A DNA stretch of 64,000 bases from Schmidtea polychroa (Eukaryota). Position numbers and translations under genes: made by a program. The notes under the pieces were generated by a model. The model did no database searches, was not told where the DNA came from, and saw only the letters and a list, made by a program, of their open reading frames with translations. This document shows, in pieces, positions 27,789-40,407 of the stretch (position 1 is its first letter; the number at the start of each line of letters is the position of its first letter). The stretch spans positions 66,712,001 through 66,776,000 of the forward strand of contig CM097886.1 in the NCBI GenBank assembly GCA_044892525.1, read 5' to 3'.

Positions 27789-28010
27789 GAAGATTTCTCT
27801 TCGTGCCAGGTATACAATATTGCTGATTCAACTCTATTGCATACTTTCCCCGGTACACTGGAAATCACATCACTTGCAAATAGCTTGGTCACAGAAAAAT
27901 CTGTAAGCTTGTAAACATGGCGTATGAAAAATTATTATTATTATTAGTATAAAGTGATGATTTCATGGTAGCAGCATTTATTATTTAAAACAATCAAATG
28001 ATAATTTAAG

Positions 28011-28139
28011 CCTTTTGCTGCAAATAATGTATTTAATGAAAATATTTTCGACTATAAGATAGTCCTTGTCAAGGAGATTGTTAAGGACTATCTTATAGTC
28101 GACATTTTTTTCATTAAATACATTATTTGCAGCAAAAGG
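28011..28139. repeat. Foldback/hairpin MITE-like repeat running into a gap
   Basis: CCTTTTGCTGCAAATAATGTATTTAATGAAAA...TCGACTATAAGATAGTCCTT pairs with AAGGACTATCTTATAGTCGA...TTTTCATTAAATACATTATTTGCAGCAAAAGG. A related sequence lies at about 61081-61210. Confidence 0.8.
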
Positions 28140-28682
28140 NNNNNNNNNNNNNNNNNNNNNNNNNNNNNNNNNNNNNNNNNNNNNNNNNNNNNNNNNNNNN
28201 NNNNNNNNNNNNNNNNNNNNNNNNNNNNNNNNNNNNNNNNNNNNNNNNNNNNNNNNNNNNNNNNNNNNNNNNNNNNNNNNNNNNNNNNNNNNNNNNNNNN
28301 NNNNNNNNNNNNNNNNNNNNNNNNNNNNNNNNNNNNNNNNNNNNNNNNNNNNNNNNNNNNNNNNNNNNNNNNNNNNNNNNNNNNNNNNNNNNNNNNNNNN
28401 NNNNNNNNNNNNNNNNNNNNNNNNNNNNNNNNNNNNNNNNNNNNNNNNNNNNNNNNNNNNNNNNNNNNNNNNNNNNNNNNNNNNNNNNNNNNNNNNNNNA
28501 TTGGTGTTTTTTATTTATTTTTTACACATGAAGGAAATTCTGCCTCTATGGATTCTTGATAAATAATATCTATTTCTTAGAAAAACAAATGAAAACAATA
28601 TAATTTTTGCAATTTTTATAATTGTTACATTGCAAACATATTTAAGCACTGAAAATTCTTAAATCACAATTGTATTTGTATA

Positions 28683-31600
28683 TCATTTTTCCAGGGCACC
28701 CAAAGCAAGAATATAATCCACATGTAAAAGCTTCGTTTCTATTAGCATTGGCATAATCATTTCACTAAGTTGAAGAATTTTGGAAAATATTGGATAATTA
28801 AATATATCTCCACAAAAATAAACCTAAACCAATTAATATCTATTTTCATTCAAAAGGAAATTACATATTTTATCTTGAAAGCCTTGCATAACGTTTTTAT
28901 TTGATGATTTATTTCCATTAAGAATAAAAAACTCAAAGACTCCAACATGTCGTTCGGGATGAAATCCTCTTTACCTTTATCATAATCGGCACATTTACCA
29001 AAAGAGAATATCGGAAGATCAGGAGGAAATTGTCCATATGGTGAAATTGGATTATCAGACAAAACTTCATAAACTTGTGTATCGGTTTTCTCTCTATTAC
29101 CTTTATATGCCAGCAACATGTTTTCCTTGAAATTCTAAATTTTCAAATTATGAATTTGTGGACTTACATATAAACATTACAAATATTAATTATTTTTCAT
29201 CAAATAATTTAGTTGAAACTTACAAATGTTCACTGACAAATTTACAATAGTTATTATTTGTTTTAATAATAGTTATTTGTTTTATTATTTACATTTTAAT
29301 TTTTATTATACTATACAAAAAGATACCACTTTATACTTAAAATATATAAAACATGCACAATAAAATATTACTTATAAAATAAAGACTATTTTTGAAGAAA
29401 AAATAATCTAATTATAAAAAAATGAAAAAGTTACTATGATTATTGAGAACATCTGAAAATTTAGGATCAACTAAAACATTCATAAAAAGTCTAAATTAAA
29501 CATTAAACATTCAACTACACAATTCAGCCATATGGGTTATTTAAAACTCGCTCAACATTGCTTTATACAGACTTGGTAGCTTTTTATTTTTACAGTTGTT
29601 GTTCAAAATATATATTAGATTCAGTGATTATTTTTAAAGTAGCAAAGTCAGAACGTGCTTGCATGATGAATGTTGAATTCTGGCTTCTCAGGTTATAATG
29701 TTAAATAATAAAAATAATAAAAAATGACATAATCTGAGGAGCCACATATTAAACATTCATTAAACAGCCATGAAGACATTATTACAAAATAATTATAAAG
29801 GTTTACATAATACACCAATCCTTCGAATTACGCGGTACCCATTTTACGTGGTTTCACTTTTACGCGGTCATAAAAAATAATATTTTTTAATGAAATCAAA
29901 CATATTTGGTGGCAAGTGTCTCTCAGTGACATCGATGAATTGTTTATTGAAAAGGAAATAGACGAAGAAGAATTGATTTATATGGTGTCAAGAAACGAAC
30001 AAGAGAATGTTGAAAGTAGCGTTGATAGTAATATTACTAATAAATCAAATAAATTTACATGTAAAGACATTTCTGAAATTTTACAATTGGCCAGTAACTT
30101 AGAAAATAAGGTTTTGGCCACTGATCCTGATATTGACCGTGCTGTTAAATTTCAGCGAGACATTAAAAGCCTTTGCGCACAATACAGTGAAATTTACAAA
30201 GATTTAAAAAAAAAGAAAAAACAAAAATTGGTTACAGACTATTTAATAAGACGAGAAGAAGAGCATCTGCTGGATTTGAATCCGATGATAGCAGCGATTT
30301 CGAGCCAAAAAAAAAGAAAAAATTGGTTGAATTAGTATATAGTAGTGAGGAGGCGGAATAATTAAATTACAATTATTCCTTTTAATATACCTTTTAACTA
30401 TGAACATGTTATAAATTTTACAATTTAAAATTTAAATGTCAATTTTTTAAATCTATTTCTAAATAAAATTGTATTTTTTAATGCCTTGTTTTACGCGAGT
30501 TTCTGGAACCTATCCCCTTACGTTATATGAACTGGAAGTCTCGATTTATGCAGATTTTTATTTTCTGGAACCTATCTATCATTTTTGTATGAATTTGAAA
30601 TGTCGATTTACGCGGTTTCGATTTGCGCGTTAGTTTCTTGGAACGTAAATCTAATATCTCATTACAATTGCATCACAACCAAGTTAATTAATTTATTAAT
30701 AAAAGTAAAAGTGTAAATTTGTTTTCGTATTTTTTTAAAAATCCAACAATAATAAAAAATAATAATATTATACAATATTTTCATAATGTAATGATTGTAT
30801 ATTGTTGTATTTTCATGATATTACATTTATAGAACGACACAATTCACGTATTAACACTGATAAATTTTGTAAATAAATAATTTCTACATCTTACATTTGA
30901 ATCGACAAGACATTTAAATAGACCCTTCAAGGTTTCACCAGCAAACATGGAATAGGAAATTAATTTCGCTGTTCCATCACTGCTCATTAAATAAATTTTA
31001 AAAGCCGAGCCACCCAATACAACGATGCTTGGAAAATTTATAACACTCTCACCGGATTTTGTGGCATCTGGCGTTGAAACCTGCATTGCTTCAATAAACT
31101 GAAATATTAAAACATTATTAATTGCTGCATACATCTATTTTTATTGAAATAAATTAAAGAAATACATTTCATCTGTATTATACTATGTTTCTTTAGTTGT
31201 ATAAAAACCTTTTAGCATTATTAACCATTCCTATTATTGGAATAGTACAATCAATGGAGTCAATACCAATCAGTCAGCAATACAAGAATACATTAGGGAA
31301 CCAGCTGATAAAACTGTAAGACTGTCTAAATCTTTACAAGAATACACATCTTATTTCATCATGTTGTTATAAGTCGCCCCATGAATACCAGAAGTTGGTA
31401 GCAAAATCAAGGGCAAACAATCAAGAGCAATATAACAAAGTTTTTCTTTGATATCTCGCACAATTTCTCTTTCGGCCGTAGTTGTAAAACTGTATCCTCT
31501 GCCTGTCATAATTTTAATTGGATAATTAGTTAAGTCTCTTCCGGCCGAATCAATTCTCAAAATAGCATGAGGTAGAGTATATGCTTCATAAATTGACAGT

Positions 31601-34600
31601 GTGCGGTAGAACAACTGCGGAATCTAAAACAATGCCTGTAGTTCTTCCTGAAGCATAAAACGACAGCACACATTGAATAGGCATCGTACATAGGAGGAAC
31701 ATTGAATGTTTAAAACATTATTTGAGTCACTTGGGATTCAGTGGCACTTCGAAAATAAATCCACTCGTCAAAACGTTTATATTTTAGACACAAAAAAACG
31801 AAATTGAAAGCATCAGAACAACAACACCTGGAATACAAATTCCAGAAAATTCAAAAAATAATTCTACTTAACAAAATCACCTTACAATTAAACAAAAAAA
31901 CATCCAACTCCTCGTATCTATGTGCTCACCCAACAGACAAAGCCAAATAACTATTGCGCACACTGACGCGACAACCGAAATAAAATAGCTATAGGATTCA
32001 ATTCTTCAGTCATAAGTCAATAGTTTTTAATAAATCTATTTCAATCAAATAATGTAAAATTTAATTTAACAATCTCACAATTACTAAACAAATGTTTACA
32101 AGACAAATAATAATTCTGATATTTTTATATTTTATATATTTTTACAGACATAAAATTTTAAGATTCAATATTTTCATACATTATTTGAAATTATAGTTTA
32201 TTTATTTATTTTTATTTTTTATTAACATTTATATTTTTTGAAACCCTTCTATATAAATATTTGAAATAACTTTTTAAAATAATTTTCATTCTTAACTTTT
32301 GTGTTTGTTAATGTTCTTCCTCAAAATTAGCATGGAATATACTTATACAAGGAGACATTGACACTTAACCCGTGGCTCCCTAAATATGATAGATCATGTA
32401 TACAAGGGGTTCAGACTATTTAAGTTTCCAAAATGTCGTAGATCATTATTAAATTCAATAAAGATTATATTTACACACACACACACACACTGAAAATTTA
32501 AATTATGTGCTACGATAAAATTCATTTTCTGGAATGCTCGAAATTAAAAAAAGTTTCATTAACCATTAAAACAAATGATAATTAAAATCACAGATTGAAT
32601 ATTTAGTTGTAGGAGTTAGGAAAAATTATAAAATTTTATCAAGATAAAAAAAAATATTAAAAATATTAATGATAACAATCAAAAGTCACTTGAAAATAAA
32701 ATTCATGTCTGTCATTCTACAATGGTAAATGAAAATACATGACCTTCAATTGTGATAATAATTGACATTTACTCACACAATTTAAATAAATAAAAACCAC
32801 CAAAATTCAATTATGAAAAAGTACAATTAAAACAAACTATTTGCATTCACAAGGTTCCTTCAAAATAGCCAAAAAATACAAACATTTTAGAAATGAATAG
32901 TTATAATCTAAGTTAAATTTAATTTATCTTAAGACATTTTTTTTATAGCATAAATCTTCCATCGAATTCATTTCTCCACAGCTTAACTCCATTTTGGTTT
33001 GGATGCCCTCATATTTGCAATAAGTGATTATTTAATTAATTAAACAAACAGCATTCTTTTTCGGACGTCGTTTTCCGAACAATATTGAATTCATGTAAGT
33101 TGGTCGTTATTACATGTAATAAAGATGAAAAAAATTATTTACTTTTTTAAATTTTAATATTGGACAATTTTGAGAAAGTTACTTTGTTGGCATTGTTTGC
33201 AATAAGTCATGCTGGTGGGCTGTTTTGTCGGGTCTATTTTTGACAGGGTACCATTTATTAAAAAAAAATTTTTGAATCCTCTTCCCTCAAACCATAGAAA
33301 TTGATATTTTTAATAATTTTATTAATTTTATTTTGATGCAATAAATATTTTCATGATTAAATTAATATAATATTATAAAGATGTCTTTTTGGAAATATTT
33401 TATTTCCATTTCATTTTTATTTATACTTTCGAAAAATGTCATTTTTACAATTTTATTCGATTAGTCTTTTATTAATTTGATGTTATATCAATCATATTAT
33501 ATGAGGTATCCATAAAGTCTGAGTAGCTAAGGCTTCTGAAACGATTTCAGGGGAAATTGAAACCGAAATATATTCTGCTGTTTTCAGTGGGTTTTAATTT
33601 ATGATCCATATATTTGCCATATAATGGTCAGCAAATACGAAATATAAAATATCTTAAATAGTTACAAACCATTCCAAATCTAGTCTGTCGTGGTGCACTT
33701 GCAATACTTTAAATTGTTTCCTATTTTCATAAGTATAAAGACAATTGTAGCTTTGTTACAATATGTGATAGAATGAATCTGTTAAAAGCAAAAGAAAAAA
33801 GAAACACTTAAATTATTGTTCTTGCTAATTTTCAACATGTCCATCATCATTACTAATACAAAGTGGAATACAATTCTGTAGTTTTCAGAAAAAAATTTGG
33901 AGCTGATTTTCATAAATGCCAGTAATCATAACTGCTATCCTGTTTTCCAAATGAATACTAAATAACATTTTTAAAGACCAAAATCCTAGATACTTCAAGC
34001 TTCCTAATCCGTACAGATTCTCAGATATTTTTAATTTCACACGAACTTTATGATGTAAATAATTTGGACTAAAAATATAATGACCACATTTTATTATTAA
34101 TTTATTTTATATTTCTTTGACACTCACTTCTTTTCTAACAATTTGTTAAATTTTTGTTTTAATGAATAGAAAACAAAATATTGATTTATAATCCAAAAGA
34201 AATAAAGATAAAAAATTGTAAATAAAAATAGATCAAAAGTGAATAAGTAAAAAGATTTTAATCTTTTAACTGGTGAATTTACTTATGAATATTATTAAAA
34301 TGACTAGTCTGTTTAGTGAAGCCTTTCAGTATGAGGTTTCTACGAGTGTTTAAATGTATAGTATAGAGCAGGGGTTGGGAACCTTTTTATATCCATAGGC
34401 AACATTGAAATTTGTCGCCTTCAAATGGGGCCACAGTCAAAAAGTATTTTAATATTAATTATTTTCATTTTAAATCTTTTGTTTATATACAGTTAGTAAT
34501 TAAAACAATGTTTATAATCAGCCTCCAGATTTGAAAAATGCAGCTGTACGAAATATTTTGGAAAATGTTTATTATTTTTGAATCGAAAAATTGATGCAAA

Positions 34601-35845
34601 TAAGTCATCATTTCACAAATGAGTGCTCAATAATCGTATTTATTCGTCTACATACGTTTTGTATTTGAATGATTGACTTTTATATTTCGTTCTTTGTACT
34701 CGACGGGATGCTTGTACAGTACGGTATATATACAGAGTTAACACCCCAGCATCGATATCTCATCATCATATTTAACTGTGAATGTTATTCCTGGTGCCAC
34801 ACAACTCCATAATCATTCAATTTGGCTAGAAAGATTCGAATATCCTATGGTGAAAACAGATGATTCGGCCACATTAGTAAATATAAATAATTACGCGAGC
34901 AAATAATCAGAAGAAAACGAAAATTATTCAAAAATCATTAACAAAGGAAACTACTCAATCTAGATTTTCACCATTAATTATATTTGTAAGGTTTTATGGT
35001 CTCTATATATATATACAGTTCAGTAGTTACAAGTATTTTTATTTGTATATAAATTAAGATTTATTTCGATAAGGCTCCGGAGGCCGCACACGAAGCTCCG
35101 GCAGGCTGCAGGTTCCCCACCCCTGGTATAGAGCGTGATATTTCCTACAGTCCACTGAATATTAGTTATTAAAATTCCACGACAAATTAACTCGTCATAA
35201 TCATTTAATTGAGAATTTTACTATAGTGAGTTTATTCACCATACCCAGTCAAAAGGTAATTATATAATATAGTATATTTATTATAAGAAGACAATTTATA
35301 ATTAAAAGATATTAGTTGTTTGAATGGACATTATTAAGCGATGTATGAAATATTATTAATTGACTACTTTTTTGAACATTGGATTATTCATATCTACTTT
35401 ATATTTCTCATAAAGTGATAAACTTTCTTCACTTTTTATTTCTATTTCACTCAATTGAAAATTATCCGAAATCAATTGCACTCCATGAGAAAGTGCTGAA
35501 ATCTCCTCAACAACCTTTGCATCGGCATCAAATACAGATTTTACCATCGTTCTAAGAAATTCTATAAAAAAAATGCAAATTTACAATTTACTTTGCCCAT
35601 AGATTTTTAAATCCAACTACAAAAATTTTCTCAAACGCATTTTGACCAAATGTTTCTTGGATTTCCAAAAGAGCATTTTCCAATTCCTCATTGAGAACGC
35701 TTAGAGAACGCAACACCCGTTCATGATTTTCAAGTCCAACACTGAAAACTATCTTGGACGAAGAAATGCCACAGTCAACGGCCAACTGATTACCATTAAT
35801 AAATGGTAATAAAGATTCCGGTAACTGTACAGCTTTATTCAACAT
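28683..35845 (-). CDS. Divergent type II pantothenate kinase-like protein, copy C (350 aa)
   Basis: Exons 35845-35592, 35551-35368, 31098-30895, 29134-28865, 28823-28683 have the same lengths and phases as copy B and give an open frame. Motifs [52 protein letters not shown]. Confidence 0.88.
29810..30650 (+). mobile_element. pogo/Tigger element remnant (transposase C-terminal tail)
   Basis: ORF 29916-30335 [18 protein letters not shown]...[17 protein letters not shown] resembles the Tigger tail. It is flanked by TTTACGCGG-type subterminal repeats. Confidence 0.7.
31270..31760 (-). pseudogene. Actin pseudogene, intronless and internally deleted, in intron 2 of copy C
   Basis: [69 protein letters not shown], then a jump to [13 protein letters not shown]; frameshifts present. 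Confidence 0.92.
34369..35125. mobile_element. hAT Buster-type non-autonomous element in intron 2 of copy C
   Basis: TIR CAGGGGTTGGGAACC / GGTTCCCCACCCCTG. Exact 8-bp TSD GTATAGAG. Confidence 0.92.
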
Positions 35846-35994
35846 TTCAACGTCAATTAAAAAGTGTGAACAAATAAATAAAACTAATGATTAATGTTCA
35901 AAAGGTAAAGAAAATAAATATTTGACATGTAGCACACTTATCACACATTTACATATTGATCAGTTGCACTGTGCAAATCTATATTGGTCAATTT

Positions 35995-38900
35995 TCACAA
36001 TTTAATTCGATTAACAATGGACTTCATATTAAGCAATTCGGCATTGAGATTCTTTTCATTAATCAAAAAGAAACATCGGATCAGGGAATCGGTTGTTGCT
36101 TTGTCAACCAAATATTTTCTCCAAGCCTCCAGACCTTTACTTAACAAAAGCTTTTGATTGTATTTTCCCCTGTAGGTGGATTCAAGTTCAGTAATTACTG
36201 ATTCGGGAATTCGAAGTTTACGAAACAAATGTCGAGTCCTCGAAATTGGGAATTTATTGCTGATGATTGGCATTAATTTATCGAGAATAGTAGCTAAAAT
36301 ATGAAATAAAATTATACAAAAATATGTAATGTTATTAAAATCTTTTATCGTTTTCATCAGTAATTTATTTTCATTTTCAGTTTTCATTAAATTCATTCTT
36401 TTCATAATAGTGATCAGTATTTTGTTTTTATTTGAAATAATTTTCGCACAACCAAATAAACATTTGAAGATGACTTTGCCGAACATTCGTGTTAAATATA
36501 AAACTAAATATTGATTTACAGTCTGAAAAAATTTCGCAATAGAGGAAATAAATAAATAAAAATATTATTTATTTAAATAAAAAAATTTTTTAATTTGTTT
36601 AGTTTTACTTTTTAGATGTAAAGAAATTGTTAAAAGAAAAGAATTTTCATTATTCAATTTAATTAAAATTATTTTAGTAGAATAAGACAGTTGTTATGCT
36701 TTTTAAGTAGTCGAAATAATAGGTAGTTAGTGGCCCTCTGGAGCAGACCATACCACACCTAGAGAATATTTTTTTAGTTCTCCAGAAGGGTAATTACTGT
36801 AAATTGGAAATGAGACTGCTCCAGATGAGTAATTTTTAACTACATCACATTTTTCAAACTACAGTCAAGTGGTATTTTTGGTCCTAGGAATTTTTGTACA
36901 CAAAATCTGAGTTTCGGTCTATCTATCCAAACATGATCTATCTAAGCATATAAAATCAAATTTATATAGAACAAAGCCGCTATCAAGTTCTCATCAATTT
37001 TAATATTTTTAAAAGTAGATTTTAATGTGTATGTTACAAGTATTTTATCAGTACTAAATAATCGTACATTCATTCTTCTATTCAAGTTTAGTGACAGTCG
37101 GATTTTGTTTACAAAAATTGTATAGACCTTAAAAATATATTGGCTTTTTAACGAGGACTGGGATTTCGTGACAAAACTATTGAGACCCTCTGACTACAGT
37201 GTGAATTTGATAAAAATACCCTGTCGCCCACTGCAACACAGGATTTTTAGCGAGCCTCGGATTTTGTGTACAAAAAATCCTGAGACCAAAAATACCCTCT
37301 CACTAGTGTGAAAAATGTTATAAAATTAAAAATTACCCACCTGGAGCACTCTCATTTCCGATTTACAGTGATTACCCCCCAGGAATACTAACATAGATTT
37401 TTCTAGGAGAGGTAGGGGGTACCAGAAGGTCTGTTCCTAATACCTACTTGAAATGTCTAAACTCGATTTACGTAGTTCCGAAAGAAAACATCAGTCTTTT
37501 TTTTACATAGTAAAAAATTCCGGTCTTTTTATTTCTAAGTATTAAGAAGAATATTGCATACATTTGAAACTAAAAAAAACAACTCCGTGGAGAAAAAACT
37601 AAAGCATAAATACAACAAATCCTAAATTCCTTTTTACAATTAACTGCAAGGTTAGAGGATAATATCGCTATAAACGTAGTAAATTTGAACATAAAAACGA
37701 AGCTAGAGGTTTCATCTCTAGATTTCATATTTATTTCTATATTTTAATTATATGTACACAAATGTATACACTTGCAATTATGAATGCTTTTCATATTTAA
37801 TTATAATATAGATTTTAATAAGTAAACATTACATTAAAAGTTCTTTTAAAAATAACTTTCATGTTTGTGACTCTCATTTCATTGTACATATTTATTCGTT
37901 AATTTTCGTATGTAAAGCATCAGACAAAGTACCATATGTTTAAAACAAAATGTTTAAAAAGTACATAAGCATGCGTTTAAATCAACGAAAAATGACAGAT
38001 TTTAATAAATAATTTGTATTTATAGTAAATGTGTTGTTTAAATTAGTGAACGCAGTTAAAATGAAATTTCGTAAACTGAACGACAACGTTATGGTTTTGA
38101 TGATAATTGGATTATTTTAAAAATATTTGCGTGTTGTTTAAATATTTCAGATTTTGGTGGGTGTTTTAAAACAAAATTTCATATTTTAATATTTTTCAAC
38201 AAATTTCTCGATAAATGAAGGAAATAAAAATTTCCTAAAAACTGTGTCAAAATTTGCTCTGAAGATTATTATGTTATTTATTTTCAAGGTCTTCAATAAC
38301 TTTTTAATACCCACTACGAACTGATGTATATTACGAATTTCGATTGCATCTTAATTGCATGTTACTATTTATAGATTTATAATGTAATTTATTTCCTAAG
38401 GTTCGCAACTTTGTATATATTATATATTAATTTATTAAATAGGGAAATTAATTTTACCATCCAATTCACTGTATGCCGTAAGATAGCTGCATATTGGAAT
38501 CATTTGTCCACAGTTGTATACATCAGATGGAGGAATTTTGCAGGGATTTCCTTGTAAATTCAAATATCTTAGCTTACTAAATTTCGTAAAGGCGGTTGCT
38601 GGAAGAACTGAAATTACATTGTTCGACAAATCCAAAGACTCAAGTCTGTCTTGAAACTCCAATACAAAACCAGATTCTATCACTTTAATTTTATTTCCAC
38701 TCAATGAAATCGAAGTTAAATTTTTCATTTGAAACATTTGCTCAGGAATCAACCTCAGACAATTATTTGAGAAATTGATTTCTTTAAGATTATTCAGCTG
38801 ACCCAAGCGCTCATCTATTTCTGTTAATTTTTTCCCTTTATCTTGATCGTATTTGAATACTTTCAATGAAGTAAATGAAAAAACAATTTCAAGAATTCCA

Positions 38901-40407
38901 TCACTATTTGTGTTTGATAGATTCAAATTTTCTATACTATTTAATTTGACTATACCGTTTGATTGAATTGATTCGACAGGATTATCCGACAAATCAAAAT
39001 CGATTATTGATTCGGGTAGGCATGGAAATGACTGAATTCTGTTTCTACTCAAATTGAATGTCTGCAATCGTGTCAAAGATATTATTGATTCCGGAATTGC
39101 CTCGATTTCATTGGCTGTAATTTCAATGGAATTTAATGTAGCGATTTTTGTGAGAATTTCCGGAAAATTATTGAATCTATTATTTGATAAGTTAATTTTT
39201 CGAAGAGATTCCATATATTCCATAATTACCGGCAAAGAATTCAGTTCATTGTTGCTTAGGTCTAAAATTTGCAATTTTTTGAGAGAACCAAAAATTTCCG
39301 GAATCTCGCTGATTTTATTATTGGTCCATTTCAAAACGGCTAAAGAAAGACAGTTTTTAAAATCTATTGGCAACTGTGTAATGTGATTGTTACTGATATC
39401 GAGTATTCTCAAATTGTTATAATAACCAAAATCATCAGAAAGAGATGAAAAATTGCATTGATCAATCAACAATTCACTCAACGAAGTCAAGAGAATTGAT
39501 CCAGGTAGATTTGTAATTTTGGAATTTCCAGGAAGATTTAAGTATTTCAAAGATAATAATTCTCCTATATTTGATGGAATTTCGATAAACTTATTAAATG
39601 ATAGATTTAAAACTATTAACTTTTTCAATTTTCCAATATCCATTGATAAATATTGGAGATCATTGTAACAAATGTTTAATTCCAAAAGATTAACCAATTC
39701 AAAGATATACTGAGGCAGATTTGTAAAATTATTATTCCCAAGTTGTAAGATTTCAAGATGTTGTAGTTCTTTAATTGTTTCCGGTAAATTACTCAAGTCA
39801 TTATTATTTACTATTAAACTCGTAAGCTGTTTAAGGGAGCCAACACCGTTTGGAATGGAACCTAAGTGATTGTGACTGCAATCAAACGATAACAATTCAG
39901 ACAGAAAACATAAAGTTTCCGGGAATGTATTTAATTGATTTCCACTTATGTTAAAAAATTGAAGTTTTGAAAAATTCTCGATTAATTCTGACAATACTGT
40001 CAAATTATTATTAGCTAAATCTAAATAAATCAAATTTTCCAAATCAAAAAAAGTGTCTTCCAAATTTGAAATATAGTTATGTGAAAGATTCAAATACGTA
40101 AGAGATGTTAGTTGATTAATTGCTATCGGAATTTCTATTATTTCATTACCGTTTGCTATTAGTCCTTCTAAATCTTTTAAATTACACAATTTATCGATTT
40201 TCTTTACTTTGGAATAGCTACAATTAAGGATATTAAACCTTTCCTTTTCAACGAAATCTTCATTAACACTATCAATTTCTTCTTTTGTTAGAGTTTTACA
40301 AATTTTATTTTCATAAATAAGTGCGTTAAAACTCCTAAATTATATTTTATATCTTACAATTAGGTTTAATAATAAAAATGTTACTTTAAGTTATCGTATT
40401 CAATCAT
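35995..40407 (-). CDS. LRRD1: Leucine-rich repeat and death domain-containing protein
   Basis: Exons 40407-40385, 40334-38458, 36293-35995 (phases 2, 1). More than 20 LRRs end in PPSDVYNCGQMIPICSYLTAYSELD, which splices in frame to ATILDKLMPIISNKF...LFRKLRIPESVITELE...LEAWRK...ATTDSLIRCF (death fold). This LRR-cap/death junction matches the LRRD1 C-terminus as I recall it. Confidence 0.82.
36720..37446. mobile_element. Foldback MITE with long imperfect inverted repeats, in the LRRD1 intron
   Basis: TACTGTAAATTGGAAATGAGACTGCTCCAG pairs with CTGGAGCACTCTCATTTCCGATTTACAGTG, and GGTATTTTTGGTC...TTTTTGTACACAAAATC pairs with GATTTTGTGTACAAAAAA...GACCAAAAATACC. Confidence 0.75.

Noticed and set aside
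27668-27915. Kinase-like (VYKLTDFS, minus) or WD40-like (LLHTFPGTLEITSLA, plus) exon
   Set aside because: Neither reading continues into further family motifs. The hammerhead structure explains the sequence better.
35356-40407. LRR-death-PanK fusion protein
   Set aside because: The death exon ends in a stop at the position expected for LRRD1, and no donor/acceptor pair of matching phase links it to PanK exon 1. Copy B has the same first exon with no LRR gene upstream.
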